From NCBI GenBank assembly GCA_030591685.1, contig JAUVAX010000029.1, positions 1-33,487 of the forward strand: a DNA stretch of 33,487 bases. The letters are read 5' to 3'. Positions 1 through 8,530 of the stretch are shown in pieces (positions within the stretch are counted from its first letter, which is position 1; each line of letters begins with the position of its first letter). Below the pieces are notes generated by a model. That model was not told the DNA's origin, did no database searches, and worked only from the letters and a program-made list of their open reading frames with translations. This stretch comes from Pseudobdellovibrionaceae bacterium. GTDB lineage: Bacteria > Bdellovibrionota > Bdellovibrionia > Bdellovibrionales > UBA1609. Both the position numbers and the translations under genes were made by a program.

Positions 1-123
1 CATGCAAAAAAAGAAATAGAAGAGTGGAGAAAAGATTACAACGAATATAGGCCCCATAGGTCTTTAAATATGAAAACACCAAATGAGTTTGCAAAACAGT
101 ATAAGGAGATGTTAATTAACTAA
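1..123 (+). CDS. IS3-family transposase OrfB, C-terminal fragment (5' end outside window)
   Basis: Frame 1 reads HAKKEIEEWRKDYNEYRPHRSLNMKTPNEFAKQYKEMLIN*, matching the IS3 integrase-core C-terminal motif W..DYN..RPH.SL...TP. Confidence 0.9.
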   Translation, partial: HAKKEIEEWRKDYNEYRPHRSLNMKTPNEFAKQYKEMLIN

Positions 124-164
124 AAACAGAAATATCGACACCTGCAGTCAATGGGGTACGGTCA
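1..164 (+). mobile_element. Right end of IS3-family insertion sequence (IS407-group-like); right terminal IR ends ...GGGGTACGGTCA at 164
   Basis: Transposase stop at 123 followed about 40 bp later by a GGGG..GGTCA-3' terminus with the terminal CA typical of IS3 ends; left IR not in window. Confidence 0.75.
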
Positions 165-339
165 GGGCCTCTTTAGGAAAAATAGAAATAGGCTTCCAAT
201 CAATTTTTAAAACTTGTTTGCTCGCATGGTCTACCTTTTCTATGCATTGCTTTTCCTGGCAGTTAATAACTTCATTTATGTTTAGACCAAGCTGTAAAGC
301 TGCGGTCGTAAGTATGGCAATAAGTAATAGTCGAATCAC
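148..339 (-). CDS. Small (63 aa) protein with hydrophobic N-terminus; C-terminus interrupted by the IS
   Basis: AAGGAG 6 nt before GTG at 339; MIRLLLIAILTTAALQLG...CQEKQC...; final residues and stop lie inside the IS end (148-164). Confidence 0.55.
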   Translation of the reverse strand: MIRLLLIAILTTAALQLGLNINEVINCQEKQCIEKVDHASKQVLKIDWKPISIFPKEALTVPH

Positions 340-385
340 TGAATTCTCCTTAGTTAGTTGTTTTATACAGCTATGTAAACAGAAG

Positions 386-471
386 GGTGGCGACTCAAAA
401 ACGTGAGTCGCCACCTTAACAACCGAGTCGCCAAAACAGGGTAGGTGAGTCGCCACTTGGCGGCCACCTAC
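386..471. repeat. GAGTCGCCA repeat cluster with two hairpins
   Basis: Direct copies at 405-413, 425-433 and 447-455; inverted copy at 388-396; 12-bp perfect IR 386-397/404-415; imperfect hairpin GTAG...CTAC at 441-471. Confidence 0.85.
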
Positions 472-630
472 ATGTCTTTAGCGTGACTTACAGTGACTTC
501 AAGAGTCTCTACAAAACGATCGGGCCAACAGGGAATTCCTGTGTGATTTTAGTTGTTTAAGTGTGTTATTGAGTATTTATGATGATTGCTTTTGTGATCT
601 TACTTTTTTACCAATTTCTTAGAAAAAAAT

Positions 631-707
<77 letters not shown>

Positions 708-731
708 TCACTTGTATTGAAACAGAAGACA

Positions 732-760
732 TTTCTAATAGAGCGCCCCCCGAAGGTCAA
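732..760 (-). promoter_or_regulatory. Putative sigma70 promoter of the tRNA
   Basis: Minus strand TTGACC-17 nt-TAGAAA, about 25 nt upstream of the mature tRNA 5' end. Confidence 0.45.
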
Positions 761-897
761 CTAACAAATAGTTTTTATTTAGATTTTTTAAAAATGTAAT
801 TATTTAAATGACCCGTAAGCGACCAGTTCAAAGAGTTTTCTTAGTCCTTAAAATAGCTTGGCAAAACAGGTATTGCGACATGTCAATTCTCGGGTGC

Positions 898-1884
898 TTA
901 ATAGATCTTTTTAATGAGTGCATTTCGTACAAATATGTTTTGTATGCTCTTGAAGATTTCTTTATTAAACAAGTCGGTGTCCTCACTGAGTTGTTTATAG
1001 GCATAGTCCGGGGACAAGGGCTTATAATTATTATCAACATTTGGGTAAGTTAAGTTCACTATGGCTTCAGCTAGGCCAACAACTTTTGCTAAGGGGTGTA
1101 TGCGAGCATCTGGCAACCCTAGGGGGAACCCTTTACCTTTTGGCCTTTCTCTGTGTTGGAGCACTATAGAAATAACATCCTCAGACACATACCCCACCTT
1201 ATGTAAAAGAGCTGAACCCATTTGAGGGTACTCAGCGTACTGCTCTTTGAGTTCGCTTGAGAGCTCCTCATAGGGTGCTGCTAGCACCCCTTTAGGGAGT
1301 TCAATCATACCAATTCGATGCAGTAGGCCGCCTATGGCCAGTTTTTCACGAGTCACTGGGTTTTTCCAGTCCATGGCCCTACAAATAACTAAACTCATCG
1401 CACTGACAGCCATGGAGTGCTTTACGAGGCTGTCGGACCCTGTGGTGACGTTTTCTAATAAATCACTGAGGTCATTATGCTGGTCTACAAAGCGGGTCGT
1501 GTAAGAGGAGAGCTCCCTAGCTACGGCATAGCTTTGAACATTTACGCCAAGGCCTTTGAACTCATTAAATACAGTGTGTGCGGCACTCGAGAGGACTCTT
1601 CTTTTTTGCACGAGCTCGTACTTTGAGCTCTCTAGGGTTAATTTTGCAATGGCCATATTATGTCGAGTCAGTTTAGAGAAATGCTCCTTTTCGACCCACA
1701 AATACTTTATTGTGCTCCCTGAGTGCTGTAAAAGTTTAGCCTTATTAGGCATTTCTCCTGAGGAGTAGATTTTGACATAATTATTCTTGCCCGTGCGAGC
1801 AAAGAGATCCACAGGGGTCTTAATGCCCGAAGCAAAGTTATCGACCCTGAGCGATATATATTTTGAATTTGCAGGTGCTTCCAT
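898..1884 (-). CDS. HD-GYP domain protein, degenerate active site
   Basis: KHSMAVS...GGLLHRIG...QHRERPKGKGFPLGL...IHPLAKVVGLAE follows the HD-GYP layout; likely ATG at 1884 (MEAPANSK). Confidence 0.85.
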   Translation of the reverse strand: MEAPANSKYISLRVDNFASGIKTPVDLFARTGKNNYVKIYSSGEMPNKAKLLQHSGSTIKYLWVEKEHFSKLTRHNMAIAKLTLESSKYELVQKRRVLSSAAHTVFNEFKGLGVNVQSYAVARELSSYTTRFVDQHNDLSDLLENVTTGSDSLVKHSMAVSAMSLVICRAMDWKNPVTREKLAIGGLLHRIGMIELPKGVLAAPYEELSSELKEQYAEYPQMGSALLHKVGYVSEDVISIVLQHRERPKGKGFPLGLPDARIHPLAKVVGLAEAIVNLTYPNVDNNYKPLSPDYAYKQLSEDTDLFNKEIFKSIQNIFVRNALIKKIY

Positions 1885-1894
1885 AGTTATGTGC

Positions 1895-1922
1895 CTATCG
1901 GTTAGGTGAGGCAAAATATTGA
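1895..1922 (-). promoter_or_regulatory. Putative sigma28 (FliA)-like promoter of the HD-GYP gene
   Basis: Minus strand TCAA-N16-ACCGATAG, 10 nt before ATG 1884. Confidence 0.5.
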
Positions 1923-1992
1923 TGCTGGGCAATTGCTTAGAGAGCTAAATTCGACTATTGTGAGTCCTTTTTACTGTTCAAGAGAGAAACCT

Positions 1993-2892
1993 GTGGCTGA
2001 TGCATTAGAAATTCTAAATTTAGTTAAAAAATATGACTCATTAATAGCCGTTAATGACGTGACGTTTAATGTTAAGCCAGGAGAGATCTTTGGTTTATTG
2101 GGCCCAAATGGGGCGGGTAAAACCTCGTTGATTTCTACCATTGTGACTGTCGAAAAACCGACAAGCGGAAGTGTCAAAATATTTGGCACCGATGTGAGTG
2201 TGCAGCCCCGAGTGACTAAATCTATGACAGGTATTGTCCCTCAAGAAATAGTAAACCATGGTTTTTTTAATATTGAAGAAATATTAACTTTTCACTCTGG
2301 GTATTTTGGGATCAGAAACAATAAAACTCAGATTCATTTTTTACTGCATAAATTAGGACTATTTGAGCATCGCCATAAAAGAGTTAAGCAACTCAGTGGT
2401 GGCATGAAGCGCCGACTACTCATTGCAAAAGCCCTTGTGCACCAGCCGAAACTTTTAATATTAGACGAGCCCACAGCGGGTGTTGATATCGAACTTCGCC
2501 AAAGCCTCTGGGAGTTTGTGACAGAGCTCAGAAAGTCCGGTGTGACTATACTACTCACCACCCACTATTTAGAAGAGGCCGAGCAGTTGTGTGACCGTGT
2601 TGGGATAATACATCAAGGTCGACTCCGAAGGGTGGGCCCCACAAAAGAGCTCATAGATGAGTTTACTCAGAGAAACATAAACCTGGTGCTTTCTAAAACT
2701 ACAGGTTCGCTAACAAACAAATATTTAACTCATCAAGATCAAAACAAGGTGAGCTTTCAAATCCCCTCAACAATGAAGGTGGGGGAGCTTTTGGCCCAGA
2801 CTCAGTTAAATGTCAGTGATATAGTCGATTTACAAATTAATGAGGGCAGCCTTGAAGATGCCTTTCGCAGGGTTTTAGGGGGTGTTGAGTGA
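1993..2892 (+). CDS. ABC-2 type transporter ATP-binding protein (YadG-like)
   Basis: Walker A GPNGAGKT, signature LSGGMKRR, Walker B LILDEPT, H-loop TTHY; likely GTG start at 1993. Confidence 0.93.
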   Translation: MADALEILNLVKKYDSLIAVNDVTFNVKPGEIFGLLGPNGAGKTSLISTIVTVEKPTSGSVKIFGTDVSVQPRVTKSMTGIVPQEIVNHGFFNIEEILTFHSGYFGIRNNKTQIHFLLHKLGLFEHRHKRVKQLSGGMKRRLLIAKALVHQPKLLILDEPTAGVDIELRQSLWEFVTELRKSGVTILLTTHYLEEAEQLCDRVGIIHQGRLRRVGPTKELIDEFTQRNINLVLSKTTGSLTNKYLTHQDQNKVSFQIPSTMKVGELLAQTQLNVSDIVDLQINEGSLEDAFRRVLGGVE

Positions 2893-3683
2893 TTCAACAA
2901 GAGCTTCGGTGGACACCGTTTTTACTTCTTTTTTGGCGCGAGATAAGGCGTTTTATGAAGGTGGTCGTGCAAACCGTCTTGGCGCCCTTAATAAGTTCTA
3001 GTTTGTACTTACTTATTTTTGGGATCTCTTTAGGTAAGTCTATAGATTTAAGTTCGGGGATGAGTTATTTAGCCTTTTTAATCCCTGGTTTAGTTATGAT
3101 GGGGTGCTTGAATAATGCGTTTTCAAATGCATCAAGCTCTGTTGTGGGGTCAAAGTTTGCAGGGGAGCTTGAGGATTACAAGATTTCTCCGTTGAGCCAT
3201 AGCCAAATCATTTGGGCTTTAAGCTTAGGTGGGGTGGCTCGCGGTTTAATGGTCGCTACGATTACCTTTTTTGTGGGTCAGATTTTTTGTTATATACAAC
3301 TCGGTGAGATGCTCTCAGTAAAAAGCCCCCTACTTTTAGTGTTTTTTTTATTAGTGGGCGGCATTGGGTTTGCAATGATGGGCCTGTCGGTGGCTTTATG
3401 GTCAAAGACCTTTGATCACTTAAGTGCGTTTGGTAGTTTTATACTTTTGCCACTCATATATTTAGGAGGGGTGTTTTACTCAATAGATACTTTGCCTGTG
3501 TTTTGGCAAAAGGTATCTATGTTTAACCCTATTTTGTATTTTATAAACGGGGTGAGGTACTCTATTTTAGGGGTGAGTGATGTGAATGTTTGGTTCGCCG
3601 CCCTAATGTCTTTAGTTTTGCTTTTTGTGTTTTATATTTTAAGTATTTATAGTTTTAATAGGGGCTCATTTCAGCGTTGGTAG
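2889..3683 (+). CDS. ABC-2 type transporter permease (YadH-like)
   Basis: About six hydrophobic segments, REIRRF, YLAFLIPGL, YLGGVFY, NPILYFING; GTGA overlap with the ATPase stop. Confidence 0.92.
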   Translation: MIQQELRWTPFLLLFWREIRRFMKVVVQTVLAPLISSSLYLLIFGISLGKSIDLSSGMSYLAFLIPGLVMMGCLNNAFSNASSSVVGSKFAGELEDYKISPLSHSQIIWALSLGGVARGLMVATITFFVGQIFCYIQLGEMLSVKSPLLLVFFLLVGGIGFAMMGLSVALWSKTFDHLSAFGSFILLPLIYLGGVFYSIDTLPVFWQKVSMFNPILYFINGVRYSILGVSDVNVWFAALMSLVLLFVFYILSIYSFNRGSFQRW

Positions 3684-3692
3684 GAGTAAAAA

Positions 3693-5048
3693 ATGTTTAA
3701 CAATCTTTCAGATAAATTATTAAAAACCCTTAGAAATGTAAGCGGTAAGGGTAAAATTACAGAAAAAAACATTGAAGAGGCCATTAAAGAAATCCGTTTA
3801 AGCCTACTAGATGCCGACGTTAATTTTAAAGTGGTTAAAAACTTTATCTCAAGGGTTAAAGAAAAGTCCCTAGGCCAAGAGGTGTTAACAAGCATTACGG
3901 CTGGAGACCAGTTTGTAAAAATTGTTCAAGACGAACTCGTAGAAATATTAGGCCGAGACACAAGTGAATTAGTTGTCAAAGGAGCCCCTGGGGTTATTTT
4001 TTTAGTGGGCCTGCAAGGTGCTGGTAAAACAACAACATGTGCTAAGTTGGCCCTGCATATCAGAAAAAAGTACTCTAAACGCCCCGGCCTTGTGCCCGTA
4101 GATGTGTATAGGCCCGCAGCCATAGAGCAGTTAAAAATATTGGGGCAACAAAATGATTTACCCGTTTTTAACTCTGACCCTAATGATAAACCAGAGCAAA
4201 TTTTAGAAAAATCAAAGCTTTGGGCTAAAGAAAACATGGTTGATGTCATACTCGTAGATACTGCTGGTCGATTACAAATAGACGACGAGCTTATGGGTGA
4301 GCTCACGCGACTAAAAAATGTATGGGACCCAAAAGAAACCCTCCTTGTTGCCGATGCCATGTTAGGTCAACAGTCAGTCAATGTGGCCAAGGGGTTTCAC
4401 GATCAAATAGGTATTACAGGACTAGTGCTGACTAAAGTAGATGGCGATGCCCGAGGTGGTGCCGCGCTGAGTATTAGAGAGGCCACAGGGGTGCCCATAA
4501 AGTTTTTAGGAGTTGGCGAAAAAGTCTCAGCCCTAGAGGTGTTTCACCCGGACCGTTTAGCCTCTCGTATTTTAGACATGGGGGACGTAGTAAGCCTTGT
4601 CGAAAAGGCCAAAGAAGTCATTGATGAAAAAGAAGCGCTCGCTACAGCTAAAAAAATGGCTAAAAATAAATTCACCATGGAGGATTTTTTAAAACAAATC
4701 CAAATGATGAAAAAGATGGGTGGCATGCAGGGTATTTTAAAAATGCTGCCCGGTGCAGGGCAAATGATGAAAAAGGCTAAAAACATGGCCCCTCCGGATG
4801 GAGAAATAAAAAAAATAGAGGCCATTATTCACTCTATGACCATAGCCGAGCGCAATAATTACAAAATACTTAACGGCTCTCGGCGTATACGTATTGCTAA
4901 AGGTAGTGGCACAGAGGTTAAAGATATTAATAAATTTATAAAGCAATTTGAGCAGTCACAAAAAATGATGCAGCAAATGATGAAGATGGGCCGTGGGGGC
5001 GGGATGCCCGGTATGCCCGGCATGGGCTCTGGCGGGTTTCCGTTTTAA
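3693..5048 (+). CDS. ffh: Signal recognition particle protein
   Basis: GLQGAGKTT, DVYRPAA, DTAGR, TKVDGDARGG, Met-rich M domain with SMT..ER and SRRIRIAKGSG. Confidence 0.99.
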   Translation: MFNNLSDKLLKTLRNVSGKGKITEKNIEEAIKEIRLSLLDADVNFKVVKNFISRVKEKSLGQEVLTSITAGDQFVKIVQDELVEILGRDTSELVVKGAPGVIFLVGLQGAGKTTTCAKLALHIRKKYSKRPGLVPVDVYRPAAIEQLKILGQQNDLPVFNSDPNDKPEQILEKSKLWAKENMVDVILVDTAGRLQIDDELMGELTRLKNVWDPKETLLVADAMLGQQSVNVAKGFHDQIGITGLVLTKVDGDARGGAALSIREATGVPIKFLGVGEKVSALEVFHPDRLASRILDMGDVVSLVEKAKEVIDEKEALATAKKMAKNKFTMEDFLKQIQMMKKMGGMQGILKMLPGAGQMMKKAKNMAPPDGEIKKIEAIIHSMTIAERNNYKILNGSRRIRIAKGSGTEVKDINKFIKQFEQSQKMMQQMMKMGRGGGMPGMPGMGSGGFPF

Positions 5049-5188
5049 AGGGGTCTGTTGAGTGTATTTAATTTAAGTTTTGTAGGAGTGGCAGTTAAGG
5101 GCCCATAGTTTTTAAAAAGTAGAGTCCGAGCCAAAGATTAAGATAAATGAGTGCTGAAACAAAATGCCGCGTGGCGACAATTCGTGAG

Positions 5189-5210
5189 CTCAAAACTCAT
5201 GAGTTTTGAG
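5189..5210. repeat. Perfect 22-bp palindrome upstream of rpsP
   Basis: CTCAAAACTCATGAGTTTTGAG is its own reverse complement. Confidence 0.85.
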
Positions 5211-5286
5211 TATTTTAACTTGCCACCATTTACCTTTAACGGTACTTATATTTTTTGAATTTTAGACACTTTAAGGAGTTTTATTC

Positions 5287-5535
5287 ATGGTAGTCATTCG
5301 TTTAGCACGTGGTGGGTGTAAACATAACCCCAAGTACCGTATAACTGTAGCTGACCAAAGAAGAGCCGCAACTGGTAAGTACATTGAGGTTGTAGGGTCT
5401 TATATACCTAACCCTCAGGGCTCAGAGGTTTCTATTAAATTAGATTTAGATCGAGTTAAAGATTGGGTCAGCAAAGGGGCTCAGCCCACCAGTCGAGTAA
5501 AGAGTTTAATGAGAAAAGCTGAAAAAAGCGCATAA
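5287..5535 (+). CDS. rpsP: 30S ribosomal protein S16
   Basis: MVVIRLARGG.KHNP.YRI.VAD.R...GKYIE.VG.Y.P...GAQPT; AAGGAG SD. Confidence 0.99.
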   Translation: MVVIRLARGGCKHNPKYRITVADQRRAATGKYIEVVGSYIPNPQGSEVSIKLDLDRVKDWVSKGAQPTSRVKSLMRKAEKSA

Positions 5536-5543
5536 CTCCCTAT

Positions 5544-5570
5544 AAACACTAAACATTTGTTTAGTGTTTT
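5544..5570 (+). other. Stem-loop after rpsP
   Basis: AAACACTAAACA-TT-TGTTTAGTGTTT inverted repeat; AT-rich, role uncertain. Confidence 0.55.
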
Positions 5571-5670
5571 ATTACAATTAATCATAAAAACTGTTTTATT
5601 ATTAAGAATTTTGGTTTACAACAAAGCTTGTAAGTTAAGTTTACGTGCGGTTCGTTAGCGGATAAGGGAG

Positions 5671-5922
5671 TTGAAAGTGGATTCAAATAGTTTAAAAGAC
5701 CTGGTAGAGTTTATGGCAAAATCATTAGTCGACTCACCAGATGACGTTGAGGTAAATGCCATTGTTGGAGAACAGACCACTGTTGTTGAGTTAAAAGTGG
5801 CTAAAGATGATTTAGGTAAAGTCATCGGTAAGCAAGGGCGAACGGCCCGATCAATGAGAACAATATTAAATGCAGCGAGCACAAAGCTTCAAAAAAGAAG
5901 TGTGCTTGAGATTGTTGAATAA
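5671..5922 (+). CDS. khpA: KH-domain RNA-binding protein (KhpA/YlqC family)
   Basis: [17 protein letters not shown]xxG loop; conserved position between rpsP and rimM. Confidence 0.95.
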   Translation: MKVDSNSLKDLVEFMAKSLVDSPDDVEVNAIVGEQTTVVELKVAKDDLGKVIGKQGRTARSMRTILNAASTKLQKRSVLEIVE

Positions 5923-5952
5923 TCACCCATTTATATTGCTATTTAAAATTTT

Positions 5953-5991
5953 AAACCTTACGTTCTTTTTTTTAGAAAGTAAGGTTTTTTT
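5953..5991 (+). terminator. Hairpin plus T-run immediately before the rimM start (terminator or attenuator covering the RBS)
   Basis: AAACCTTAC (5953-5961) pairs with GTAAGGTTT (5979-5987); T-run continues to 5991; ATG at 5992. Confidence 0.6.
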
Positions 5992-6516
5992 ATGTCTAAT
6001 TCATGGGCTACTGTTGGTAAAATCAAAGAGGCCCACTCGTTAAAGGGTGAGGTTTATTTTTTAATTTTCTCAGGCGAAGCGGCCTGGTTAGACCAGTTAA
6101 AAGCACAGTCTGTGCAACTTGTTGATGAGTCAGGGGATCGCCCTAAAAAAACTATAAAAATTTTAAAATATCGACCTCATAAAAAAGGGTTTATAGCATT
6201 TTTAGAGGGTGTTACAGACCGGACCCAGGCTGAGGGTTTAAAGGGGTATATTTTAAAAGTCCCAGGCGAGTTTTTAACCTCAAGCCCTGGTGAGGATATA
6301 TACTTAAGTGAGGTGAGTGGCTTTAGTGTTGTTTCAAATGGGCAAAGCATTGGGGTTGTTACTGGGTTTTCATCAAATGGGGCGCAAGATCTAATTATAG
6401 TTAAAAATAAGACGAGCGAGTATGACATACCCTTTATTAAAGAGTTCATAGATAAAATTGATTTTGAAGGTAAAAAAATATTTATGTCGTTGCCTGAGGG
6501 TTTGTTGGATTTATGA
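5992..6516 (+). CDS. rimM: Ribosome maturation factor RimM
   Basis: VGKI..AHSLKGEV, DRTQAE.LKG, GAQDL, IPFI..FI..ID...K.I...LPEGL; synteny. Confidence 0.95.
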   Translation: MSNSWATVGKIKEAHSLKGEVYFLIFSGEAAWLDQLKAQSVQLVDESGDRPKKTIKILKYRPHKKGFIAFLEGVTDRTQAEGLKGYILKVPGEFLTSSPGEDIYLSEVSGFSVVSNGQSIGVVTGFSSNGAQDLIIVKNKTSEYDIPFIKEFIDKIDFEGKKIFMSLPEGLLDL

Positions 6517-7301
6517 CGTTTAATGTTCTGACCCTCTTCCCCGATGTGGTAACGGCTTATTTAAATTCAGGAGTGGTGGGGCGGGGCCTTGAAAAGGGTC
6601 TTTTAGAGCTTAATATATCTAATCCACGAGACTTTACAAAAGACGTGCATAAATCGGTAGACGATCGACCCTTTGGTGGGGGCGATGGGATGCTCATGAT
6701 GGCTCAACCTCTTGAGAAGGCCTTAAGCAGTATTAAGTCTCCGGGGCGGGTTATTTATATGTCCCCCACGGGCGTTCGTTGGACGAGTCAAAGGGCTCAA
6801 GACTGGGCTCATAAAGGTGACCCTATAACTCTTATAAGTGGACGCTATGCTGGGGTTGACCAGCGCTTTATAAATAAATATGTAGATGAGCAGGTTTCAT
6901 TAGGTGATTTTGTGATCAGTGGTGGTGAGTTGGCTGTTATGAGTATTATAGACTCAGTCTCTCGATTTATCCCGGGTGTTTTAGGCAATTCACTTTCAGC
7001 TATAGATGAAAGTTTTCAGCACCGAGGGCTTTTAGAGTGTCCTCAGTTCACTAGGCCTCGTGAGGTGTTTAATCAATCGGTCCCAGGGGTCTTGTTAAGT
7101 GGTGACCCCAAAAAAATAACGGCATTTAAAACAAGTGTTTCGGTGGTTATAACAGCCCTTTTCAGGGGGGACTTATTAAAAGACTTTACCTCTTTAGAGC
7201 TTAAATCTTGTTTTGAAGAGGTCTTAAATTTACCAGATCAAGAGATGCAAAGCCTTGGTTTAACCCGTGAGCAAATACTAAAGGGGCAAAAAAATGTATG
7301 A
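6513..7301 (+). CDS. trmD: tRNA (guanine37-N1)-methyltransferase
   Basis: LTLFP, VDDRPFGGGDGM, SPTG, SLGDFVISGGE, R..PGVLG, PQFTRP, VP.VLLSG. Confidence 0.97.
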   Translation: MTFNVLTLFPDVVTAYLNSGVVGRGLEKGLLELNISNPRDFTKDVHKSVDDRPFGGGDGMLMMAQPLEKALSSIKSPGRVIYMSPTGVRWTSQRAQDWAHKGDPITLISGRYAGVDQRFINKYVDEQVSLGDFVISGGELAVMSIIDSVSRFIPGVLGNSLSAIDESFQHRGLLECPQFTRPREVFNQSVPGVLLSGDPKKITAFKTSVSVVITALFRGDLLKDFTSLELKSCFEEVLNLPDQEMQSLGLTREQILKGQKNV

Positions 7302-7893
7302 GGTAAACGACTCAGAGCTAAATAAAGACCACCCTAATGTTCATGTGGGTTTAGTGCATTGGCCTGTTTTTGATAGGGCTGGCTCAACGGTGGCAACGAA
7401 TGTAACTAACTTTGATATTCATGACATCGCCAGGGTTTGTAGAACTTATGGGGTCCGCTCTTATTATATTATTAATAAAATGCAAGAGCAGCTGATGTTT
7501 GTTGAACGAATTTTAGACCACTGGAAGACCGGCTATGGGGCTAAGTATAACCCTATGAGAAGCACAGCATTGCACCGCATTAAAACTGTGTCTACAATAG
7601 AGCACGCTATTGAGGACATCGATGGGACCCCGCTTGTTATAGCCACTGCGGCTCGAGAGTTAGGTCATTTAAGCAACGTAGGGTTTAGAGAGATGCGTGA
7701 GAAGCTTAAAAAGGACCCAGAGCAGCCTGTCTTTATTGTTTTTGGCACAGGGTTTGGCTTGCATGACAAGGCCCTTGAGGCTTGCGATGTGCTCTTAGAG
7801 CCGATTGCCGGTGGGGCCAAAGACGAATATAAGCACCTCTCAGTACGATCAGCCGTGAGTATCTGCCTTGACCGGCTAATGTCTAAGTGGTAA
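7294..7893 (+). CDS. SPOUT-family RNA methyltransferase (TM1570-like)
   Basis: LVHWPV, TNFDIHDIAR...TYG, FGTGFGL, LEPI, YKHLSVRSAVSI.LDRL. Confidence 0.88.
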   Translation: MYEVNDSELNKDHPNVHVGLVHWPVFDRAGSTVATNVTNFDIHDIARVCRTYGVRSYYIINKMQEQLMFVERILDHWKTGYGAKYNPMRSTALHRIKTVSTIEHAIEDIDGTPLVIATAARELGHLSNVGFREMREKLKKDPEQPVFIVFGTGFGLHDKALEACDVLLEPIAGGAKDEYKHLSVRSAVSICLDRLMSKW

Positions 7894-7953
7894 CTAAGTG
7901 AGTTCGTAAATTAATTTTTTAAGTTTTAAGCGTTTGTAAACGGAGAAATAATA

Positions 7954-8409
7954 ATGGTTAGTACAAATCTTGTTCGTCGAGTGACTTTAGACAGAGCAGA
8001 AAAAAAACTTGAAGTTAAATTCAAGGCCGGCGACACAGTATCTGTCCACGTAAAAATTAAAGAGGGTGACAAAGAAAGAGTCCAGATCTTTAAAGGTGTT
8101 GTAATTAAAATTCAAGGTTCAAGTATGGGTAAGTCTTTTACTGTAAGAAAGATCTCAAGTGGTGTGGGCGTAGAAAGAACATTCCCATTTGTAAGCCCAT
8201 CAGTGCAAAAGATAGATGTGATTGCCATAGGTAAGGTACGAAGAAGTCGTTTATTTTACCTAAGAGAGCTTTCTGGGCGAGCGGCACGAATTGAGTCTGA
8301 ACTTGTTATACAAAAACAAGAGGGCGGTAAAAAGTCTAAACGAGCCCTCAAGGCCGAAAAAAAATCAGCGTCTGCTGCGCCATCAACACCAGCAACAGAG
8401 AATTCTTAA
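7954..8409 (+). CDS. rplS: 50S ribosomal protein L19, with Lys/Ala-rich C-terminal tail
   Basis: F.AGDTV.V...[39 protein letters not shown]. Confidence 0.99.
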   Translation: MVSTNLVRRVTLDRAEKKLEVKFKAGDTVSVHVKIKEGDKERVQIFKGVVIKIQGSSMGKSFTVRKISSGVGVERTFPFVSPSVQKIDVIAIGKVRRSRLFYLRELSGRAARIESELVIQKQEGGKKSKRALKAEKKSASAAPSTPATENS

Positions 8410-8435
8410 CTTTAAAATTTGTTAATAAAAGCATC

Positions 8436-8468
8436 AAAGCCACAAGTACTCCTTGTGGCTTTTTTTTT
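8436..8468 (+). terminator. Rho-independent terminator after rplS
   Basis: AAAGCCACAAG-TACTC-CTTGTGGCTTT continuing into a long T-run. Confidence 0.9.
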
Positions 8469-8530
8469 ATACTTGGATTACTGAAAATTATTAATAAATT
8501 GTAAGTGATACTTTTAATACGGGGTGGGAC

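Noticed and set aside
386..499. Repeats as a CRISPR array
   Set aside because: Units are only 9-12 bp with 11-13 bp gaps and mixed orientation; no cas genes in the window.
808..1053. Short ORFs 808-1053 and 828-1040, and the other short track ORFs lying antisense to or inside long genes
   Set aside because: Shadows of well-supported genes, with no recognisable motifs.
1885..1992. Overlapping N-termini of the HD-GYP (1932) and ABC ATPase (1906) genes as called by the track
   Set aside because: Longest-ORF artefact; starts at 1884 and 1993 leave a normal divergent promoter gap.
5049..5286. SRP RNA next to ffh
   Set aside because: No conserved SRP domain IV motif (CAGG...GGAA...AGCAG) visible.
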